DNA of 64,000 nt from contig OZ244048.1 of assembly GCA_965215265.1 (NCBI GenBank), forward strand, positions 2,976,001-3,040,000, given 5' to 3'. This document shows, in pieces, positions 57,778 to 64,000 of the stretch. Made by a program: the position numbers and the translations under genes. Position 1 is the stretch's first letter. Each line of letters starts with the position of its first letter. Under the pieces are notes generated by a model that was given only the letters and a program-made list of their open reading frames with translations, was not told the DNA's origin and did no database searches. This DNA is from Candidatus Poribacteria bacterium. GTDB taxonomy: Bacteria > Poribacteria > WGA-4E > WGA-3G.

Positions 57778-58956
57778 TTACCTACCCGAAGCTTTCAACG
57801 CACGATAGTACTGGTAAGCCTGCGCAGCCTTTGATTTCTCGCCAATTTGTCGGTAAGCGTTCGCCAGGTTTCGGTAAAGTGACAGTCTTTGGTGTAAATT
57901 ATCCATGCCAAGGCGGATTGCGGTTTCAAACTGAACAATCGCGTGCCGTGGTTCTTCCAGCATCACGTAGGCAACACCGAGGCTATTCCGGTACACGGCA
58001 CGCTGTGGATAGATACTAACAAGGGAACCGTATGTCTCACGCGCTTCGGAGTAAGCCTCTATTTTAAGATAGATATAGCCGAGTCGTTCATACGCTTTTT
58101 CATCGCGTGGTGCGATAGCGATACAGGTTTTGAGTTCAGAGATAGCGGCATCCCACTCTTCTCTCTTAATGAGAAGTTCGGCGAACTGATGCCGGATATC
58201 AAGTCGTTGTGTATCATCCTGAATGAATCGACGCAAAGTCTCCAACTGTTCCTCCTCGCGGCTGAGTTTCTCGTAAGTAAGGAGAGCGGTTCTGCCTTCC
58301 TGAATGCGTCCTGTCCGCAGATAACAATTGCCGAGGTTAAAGTGTGCTTTGGCGTGCAGTTTTTTGCGTTTAAGGACGGCTTCAAAGTGTGGTATCGCTT
58401 GGATAAAGTCGCCGGATTGGAAGTAAGCAAGGCCAAGGAGATAGCGTGCCTCTATATCCGGTGAATTGGCGTGTGAAACTGCTTGTTTAAGATGGTGTAT
58501 TGCGTCATCGATTCTGTGCTGTCGGAGATAGGCAGTGCCAAGGAGCCGTTGTGCCCGTTGGAAGTTAGGCTGTGTCTGTAATGCACGTTTGAGTGAGGAA
58601 ATTGCCTCTTTCGTACGCGCCAACCCTATCAGATATGCCTCACCAAGCCGGCAGTGTGCGTCAGCGAAGTCTGGTGAAATGTTAATAGCAGTTTGAAACG
58701 TGCGCACAGCAAGCTTCCATTGTGATTGCTGCCCATACAGCATGCCTAGTTGATAGTGTGCTTCTGGGAATGAAGTATCTAATTTCACTGCGTGCTGAAA
58801 CGCATTAAAGGCATCGCGGTGCTCTCTCTGGGCAAGTGCTTGTAAGCCTGCTTGATAGACACGCTGTGCCTCGTTCCTCTTATCGGGACACGCAGGGACG
58901 ATATTTGTGAAAAATAAAAGTGCTAGCAAAAAAAAGTAGAAACGTCCTGTTTTCAT
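57778..58956 (-). CDS. Secreted TPR protein
   Basis: Signal peptide and repeated 'A.Y.LG..Y' TPR motifs. Confidence 0.88.
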   Translation of the reverse strand: MKTGRFYFFLLALLFFTNIVPACPDKRNEAQRVYQAGLQALAQREHRDAFNAFQHAVKLDTSFPEAHYQLGMLYGQQSQWKLAVRTFQTAINISPDFADAHCRLGEAYLIGLARTKEAISSLKRALQTQPNFQRAQRLLGTAYLRQHRIDDAIHHLKQAVSHANSPDIEARYLLGLAYFQSGDFIQAIPHFEAVLKRKKLHAKAHFNLGNCYLRTGRIQEGRTALLTYEKLSREEEQLETLRRFIQDDTQRLDIRHQFAELLIKREEWDAAISELKTCIAIAPRDEKAYERLGYIYLKIEAYSEARETYGSLVSIYPQRAVYRNSLGVAYVMLEEPRHAIVQFETAIRLGMDNLHQRLSLYRNLANAYRQIGEKSKAAQAYQYYRALKASGR

Positions 58957-59083
58957 TTTTTTAGACTGTATCCGAGGTGCGCTTTAGTTATTTTTTTATC
59001 AGTGCTGGACATTGATTTGCATTTATGATAACATATTTCGTGCTTGGTTATCAACTTATCTGAATCCGAAAGGAGAGATGCCC

Positions 59084-59932
59084 ATGGAATTTGTTCTATT
59101 GACAGAAATCCAACGGCAAGAATTTGAGGATAACGGGTACCTCATCGTGCGCGAAGCGATTGATACGATGATGATTGAACGGCTCATTGAAGCCGGTGAC
59201 CGTCTCATGGAATCGTTTGAGTACCACGGTTACTACGCGCATAGAAGAGACGGTTTGGTCCAAGAGCCTGCGTTTGCAGCCCTTGCCACAGAGTCAAAAG
59301 CAGTGCCGCTGATTCTGCAGCTGCTGGGGACGAATCTCCATATCACGAACACTGCTCTCATTTACAAACATCCGCAGCCGCCTGAAAAGCCGGACAATAG
59401 AAACTGGCACCGGGATGTAGGTGTGCATTTAGATGTCGGCCACCAGGCCTGTCCGAGAGTCGGTTTAAAGGTGGGTTACTGTGTAACAGATTTTAGCGTT
59501 CCGAATTCTGGTGCGACCTGGTTTGTCAGGAAGAGCCATACACTAAAGGAGCCGCTCGGCATTCCGGAAGGTGAAGTGGATCCGCCGGCATACGACGAAC
59601 CGCTGCTTCGTGCGGGGGATGCGTTTCTATTCGAAAGTCGTATCTATCATGCAGCGGGTCTCAACTTCGGGTCCAATATTTCCAAAGTTGTTATCTACGG
59701 TTACCATTATCGTTGGGTCAAGCCCGATTACTATTTGCGCTATTACAATGATATGCTCCAACCTGACGCTTGCCTAGTCAGCAATTTGGATGACTTAGGT
59801 AGACAGTTTCTCGGTGCGGAGGAAGATACACAAGGCAGACGCGACGCGAACGGTGTACATTGGGCAGGTTTAGAATGGGCATCGGTGCATAATCTGAAAT
59901 TGGAACAAGCGTCACAAATCGTCACAATTTAA
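59084..59932 (+). CDS. PhyH family dioxygenase
   Basis: 'FEDNGYLIV', 'WHRD', 'GAT.FV..SH', 'IYHAA'; AGGAG SD. Confidence 0.88.
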   Translation: MEFVLLTEIQRQEFEDNGYLIVREAIDTMMIERLIEAGDRLMESFEYHGYYAHRRDGLVQEPAFAALATESKAVPLILQLLGTNLHITNTALIYKHPQPPEKPDNRNWHRDVGVHLDVGHQACPRVGLKVGYCVTDFSVPNSGATWFVRKSHTLKEPLGIPEGEVDPPAYDEPLLRAGDAFLFESRIYHAAGLNFGSNISKVVIYGYHYRWVKPDYYLRYYNDMLQPDACLVSNLDDLGRQFLGAEEDTQGRRDANGVHWAGLEWASVHNLKLEQASQIVTI

Positions 59933-60047
59933 GTGGTTTTCCGCTATTCATATCGTGCTTCGGCTATGACCGGCAGGCGCAGAGTTCATCGAAAAATTCT
60001 TGTTTTATCGGTTTAGAGATGGGGATCCATCTGAAAAAGGAGAAAAA

Positions 60048-61079
60048 ATGAAAGAGATTAAGGTAGGTATTATTGGTTGCGGTGGCATTGCCGGTGGGAA
60101 ACACCTCCCTGGCCATCAAAGTGTCAAAGGTGTTTCTATCATTGCTGCGTGCGACATTGACGGTGCAAGGGCCAAAGCCTTCGCTGAAAAACATCAGATT
60201 CGGCACGTCTTCACCGATTACGAGAAGTTAGTTGAAATGGATGAAATTGACGCGGTGAGTGTTTGCACGCCAAACAACTTTCATGCAGGTCCGACTATTG
60301 CCGCCTTGAATGCGGGGAAGCACGTGCTATGCGAAAAGCCGATTGCTGGGAACGCAATCGATGGACAAGCCATGGTAGATGCGCAGAAAGCAAGTGACGA
60401 GCTCGTGCTACAAATTGGACTACAATCCCGATTCCGTGCGGAGTCTCGTACACTTCGTAAACTGTATGATGAAGGGTTCTTCGGTGATATCTACTATGCG
60501 CGCGCGATGGCAGTGCGCAGGCGTGGTGTGCCGGCATCGCCATCGTTTCTGAGTAAAGCAATCGCCGGGGGCGGTCCGCTCATTGATATTGGTGTCCATA
60601 TCTTAGATGTATTACTTTGGATGATAGGCTGTCCCAAACCGGTTGAGGCGTTTGGGATGACAGCAAAGAAATTCGGAAATAGAGAGAATGTCATCAACCC
60701 TTGGGGCAAATGGGACCCTGAGGCATTTGAGGTTGAGGATTTCGCGATGGGGACTATCCTGTTTGAAGGGGGATTGACGGTGACGCTTGAAACCGCGTGG
60801 GCAACCCATATTTCGAACATCGGTGGTACCTTCTTTATGGGCGATTTGGCAGGCGCGACATACGAACCTCTGCAGATTTACCGTGATAAACAGGACGAAA
60901 TGGTTAATTACACACCAGAACTTCTTAAGAGGTTACCGGGGGAATTTGAATCATTTCACACTGCAATTCGGGACGGTCTACCATCCCCGGTCCCGGCGGA
61001 AGAGGTGTTGAACGTGGCAAAAATCTTTGACGCGCTCTATGAATCTGCTAAGCTCGGCCGCTCGGTACCCATTGTTTAG
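60048..61079 (+). CDS. Gfo/Idh/MocA oxidoreductase
   Basis: 'GIIGCGGI', 'HVLCEKP', 'GGGPLIDIGVH'. Confidence 0.92.
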   Translation: MKEIKVGIIGCGGIAGGKHLPGHQSVKGVSIIAACDIDGARAKAFAEKHQIRHVFTDYEKLVEMDEIDAVSVCTPNNFHAGPTIAALNAGKHVLCEKPIAGNAIDGQAMVDAQKASDELVLQIGLQSRFRAESRTLRKLYDEGFFGDIYYARAMAVRRRGVPASPSFLSKAIAGGGPLIDIGVHILDVLLWMIGCPKPVEAFGMTAKKFGNRENVINPWGKWDPEAFEVEDFAMGTILFEGGLTVTLETAWATHISNIGGTFFMGDLAGATYEPLQIYRDKQDEMVNYTPELLKRLPGEFESFHTAIRDGLPSPVPAEEVLNVAKIFDALYESAKLGRSVPIV

Positions 61080-61117
61080 TTTTTCTCTTCGCTGTCTGGC
61101 AAGGCGGGTAGCGGATA

Positions 61118-61513
61118 TCAATTCTGCTGATAATTGGCATGAACGACTGTCTTAATTCCGCCACGGATGTTAAACTGGCCGATAACCTCTGCAGATCTGG
61201 GTTGACATGCGGCAATGAAATCTTCAAGTACTTTGTTTACGACGTGCTCATGAAAGATCCCGACATCCCGATAAAAAAGGAAATACTCCTTCAACGATTT
61301 GAGTTCAACGCAGTGCCGGTCTGGTATATAATTAATTCGGATTGTTGCAAAATCGGGCAATCCTGTTTTGGGGCAAACAGTAGTAAACTCTAAGCTTGTA
61401 ATTTCAATGCTGTAATTTCGGTGACTATACAGATTTTCCCACGTCTCAATCTGGGGTGTTTGCAATTGCCGGATATGAGTCTGCAAATCGTTGTAACTAG
61501 TGTTCTGGCTCAT
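61118..61513 (-). CDS. queF: 7-cyano-7-deazaguanine (preQ0) reductase
   Basis: 'EFTTVCPKTGLPDFA', 'VELKSLKEY', 'GIFHE', 'RGGI'. Confidence 0.93.
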   Translation of the reverse strand: MSQNTSYNDLQTHIRQLQTPQIETWENLYSHRNYSIEITSLEFTTVCPKTGLPDFATIRINYIPDRHCVELKSLKEYFLFYRDVGIFHEHVVNKVLEDFIAACQPRSAEVIGQFNIRGGIKTVVHANYQQN

Positions 61514-62089
61514 TTAATTATCTCCTTCTAGCTATTATGTTTATTTTCCCCCGGTGGTGCCGCTTACAAAACGAGTTCACGGAATCTATAAGTAAAGAAA
61601 AGGCTTTACCAAAAAGCCTTTTCCAGAGGTGGCGGTGCAATTCACGAACAAGGAGATACACACGTAAATAAATGATGGGACGCTGGCAATTCCTGTTCCG
61701 TATGTTGTAGGCACCTGCACTTGTCGGATTTTTGGGTTTTACCTCATAGATTTTCCACTTTAATAGTGGTAATTTCTTTACCGATATGATACCTTAAACC
61801 TCACCTAAGATGCAAATTTTTCAGATTAACGCGCGGGCGTTTCATCGCCTGCTTAGAAAGGCATCAGAATGCGCGAGGAATACGAAGAAAGTTAGGAGAT
61901 TTAAAGAAAGGACATCATGAAATTGACAACACATCAGATTAATTTTTTCGAGATGTTCAGCTCCCTGATGCGCGTGTCATCAACCTGCGGTGCGAGAGTG
62001 CTTATCGCGATAAACTGGACTTGGAACGGCGTTCGCCAGTGCAAGCCATCACCGCAGTGAGCTCTAAGTTAAACTAAACTAACCTAACC

Positions 62090-62122
62090 AGGGGCAGCCA
62101 CCCTCACAAGTGGTTGCCCCTA
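62090..62122. repeat. REP-like palindrome / hairpin
   Basis: AGGGGCAGCCAC-CCTCACAA-GTGGTTGCCCCT. Confidence 0.55.
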
Positions 62123-62266
62123 ATTTTTTGCTTTGGATAGATGGCTCTGCTTTTGTGCCGGAAAATCCGATGCCACGGTGCGAGTCAAAACGTGAAGGTT
62201 GCCTTGACAAAATAATAGGGAGGCTGCTATACTTTATTATGAGAAGTGAAGCGCCTAAGCAGATAG

Positions 62267-63388
62267 ATGAGGCAAACTACCGCACCAGAGACATCCAAAG
62301 AAACACAAAGCAAACGCAAACTCTGGGACCCTTTCTTCAAAGAGTTCCTCGCGCTGCCCTTCTCTGGGCTGGGTGCCTCTATCCAGACAGAGATAGAAGT
62401 GAACCAGTTGCCGCAGCGTATAGATGCACTCGCTCTCCTCGAAAGCGCCGCAGCCCGGGCGAGAGTGCATGCGAATCCGCTGCTCTCTTACTTACGCACG
62501 TATAATCTGTTCGAGTTCAAAGGGCAGAACGATCCGTTGAATGAATCGGCGTATCACCGGATTTGTATGCGTGCGCGTGGTTATCTCGCAGATAAGCAGG
62601 TGCCTGCAACCGAGTTAACCCTGACGATAGTGTCGTCTCGGACGCCGCGGGTGCTGCTCCCCCGTCCGCCTTTTGGGGAGCCGTGGGAGCCATTGGCGGC
62701 GGGGCATTATCGGGTGATGGATGGCGTGCCGGTGCATCTGTTGGTTTGCAATGAAGTGGAGTTGGTTGCACCGAATTATTGGTTGCTGCTGTTTGCGTCG
62801 TCGCAGAAACAGTTTCGTGCGTTCCTGCGGCGTGTGATAACAGAAGAGAATAAGTTATATTTTGACTCCGCGTTGTATTTGCAGCCGGAAGTCACGGAGG
62901 AGGTTTGTGAAATGGAAGGCCGTCAAGATTTCTTTCAGAGTCGTCTTCGCGAAGTCGCGACGACTTTAGGTCCGAAGCTGCTGTCGGCGCTGAGCTCGTC
63001 GGATAGGCTGGCTCTGTTGAATGCGATGCCCGCGGCAGAACGTGCGGATATATTGGCGAGTCTACCCGCGGCAGAACGTGCGGATATGTTGGCGAGTCTA
63101 CCCGCGGCAGAACGTGCGGATATGTTGGCGAGTCTACCCGCCGCAGAACGTGCGGGTATGTTGGCGAGTTTACCCGCGGCAGAACGTGCGGATATGTTGG
63201 CGAGTCTACCCGCCGCAGAACGGGCCGATATGTTAGCACGCCTGAGTCCCGATGAGCGCGTCGAAGGGCTCAGCCCCGATGAGCGGTTAGCCGGACTTCG
63301 CCCGGAGGAGATTCGGAATTTATCTCCGGAGGTGCGTGCAGAACTCGTCCGGCAGCTGGTGGCAGCTGACAACCACACTGACACGTAA
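62267..63388 (+). CDS. Rpn-like / PD-(D/E)XK-fold protein with C-terminal tandem repeats
   Basis: 'WDPFFKE', 'TEIEV..LPQRIDAL', 'NLFEFKG'; promoter TTGACA-18-TATACT at 62204-62233. Confidence 0.7.
   Translation: MRQTTAPETSKETQSKRKLWDPFFKEFLALPFSGLGASIQTEIEVNQLPQRIDALALLESAAARARVHANPLLSYLRTYNLFEFKGQNDPLNESAYHRICMRARGYLADKQVPATELTLTIVSSRTPRVLLPRPPFGEPWEPLAAGHYRVMDGVPVHLLVCNEVELVAPNYWLLLFASSQKQFRAFLRRVITEENKLYFDSALYLQPEVTEEVCEMEGRQDFFQSRLREVATTLGPKLLSALSSSDRLALLNAMPAAERADILASLPAAERADMLASLPAAERADMLASLPAAERAGMLASLPAAERADMLASLPAAERADMLARLSPDERVEGLSPDERLAGLRPEEIRNLSPEVRAELVRQLVAADNHTDT
63029..63244 (+). repeat. 36-bp coding tandem repeat x6 (PAAERADMLASL)
   Basis: CCCGCGGCAGAACGTGCGGATATGTTGGCGAGTCTA units, followed by 8-9-aa SPDER-type repeats. 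Confidence 0.95.
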
Positions 63389-63472
63389 CGGAGAGGCACC
63401 GAACCTTGATATTCGCTCGCAGGTCTACCTGCGGACATCAGTGGAGATTTTACAAATGGCAAAGAAACAGAG

Positions 63473-63610
63473 CTCTGGCCCTAGTGCCTCTACCCAGACA
63501 GAGGAAGTGAACCGGTTGCTGGAGACTATAGATGGACTGTTATCCTCGAAAGTGCGGAGGCACGCGCGAGAATGCGTGCCAACCCGCTGCTCTCTTACTT
63601 ACGGACACGA
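63473..63610 (+). pseudogene. Degenerate copy of the 5' part of 62267-63388
   Basis: GTGCCTCTA.CCAGACAGAG...GAAGTGAACC.GTTGC...CCGCTGCTCTCTTACTTACG matches ~62372-62500 with indels. Confidence 0.75.
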
Positions 63611-64000
63611 TACGTATCATGCTTCCTATGGTGGTGGAAAGCGCCGGCGGATGTTCACGATGAATTGCACGACAGAACCTGATTTAGAAACATTGCATCA
63701 ATATGTGAGCATCCACTCGCTTGGTGGGTACCAAATTAAGACGGGCACCGGCATGTATTTCCCAGCTATGGTTGATACGGCTGACGACACTCGCAAGCGG
63801 CATCTCCAGCAATGCAGTGAGATTCATGATGCACTGTTTCCTCAGTATGCACGACATTCCTAATTGTTGCCTACAAAAGCGATAAGGCTTATTTGGCAGA
63901 AAGGTTCTGGTGTACATCTCGCTAGCGTTGTTCTGTCCGGGGTAAGAGCCTTTCGTGCTTACAGAAGCCTGAAGGCAAAGCTAATAGGACATTTTTGTTG

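Noticed and set aside
61118-61513. queF as part of a 7-deazaguanine DNA-modification (dpd) system
   Set aside because: No dpdA/tgt-like or other que genes are nearby; housekeeping queuosine synthesis is the simpler reading.
61514-61625. preQ1 riboswitch upstream of queF
   Set aside because: A weak stem and an A-rich tail are present but the consensus loop is not recognisable; an Infernal search is needed.
61917-62060. Small ORF MKLTTHQINFFEMF... with an SD
   Set aside because: It resembles a PhyH N-terminus for only ~14 aa; probably a decayed remnant and not supportable as a gene.
63336-63863. 175-aa ORF as an intact gene
   Set aside because: It is a mosaic containing a frameshifted paralog fragment of the upstream gene.

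Overview
Bacterial chromosomal window of moderate GC. The gene content (three PhyH-like dioxygenases, three Gfo/Idh/MocA oxidoreductases, a DUF1501 plus DUF1549/1553 pair, TPR proteins, GH127, a LamG remnant) suggests a Candidatus Poribacteria/PVC-like organism; this is inference only. Five things stand out from the metabolic background. (1) Two separate Type III R-M loci each have a mod-mod-res layout; the tandem mod copies share near-identical N and C termini but carry four unrelated target-recognition domains, and both mod copies of the second locus are frameshifted at a C9 tract. (2) A fixed-length ~60-bp dispersed element occurs at least 20 times, builds tandem and mosaic arrays, brackets single genes as direct repeats and sits next to gene remnants. 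(3) Four sigma70-like promoters at ~63-bp spacing face a ~600-nt hairpin-rich region. (4) Two Rpn/PD-(D/E)XK-like genes have strong internal SD+ATG starts ahead of C-terminal repeats. (5) A TcmP-DUF5131 pair and a P-loop kinase/nucleoside-deoxyribosyltransferase fusion are present. No rRNA, tRNA, CRISPR array or intact transposase/integrase was recognised. All calls were made by eye without database searches.
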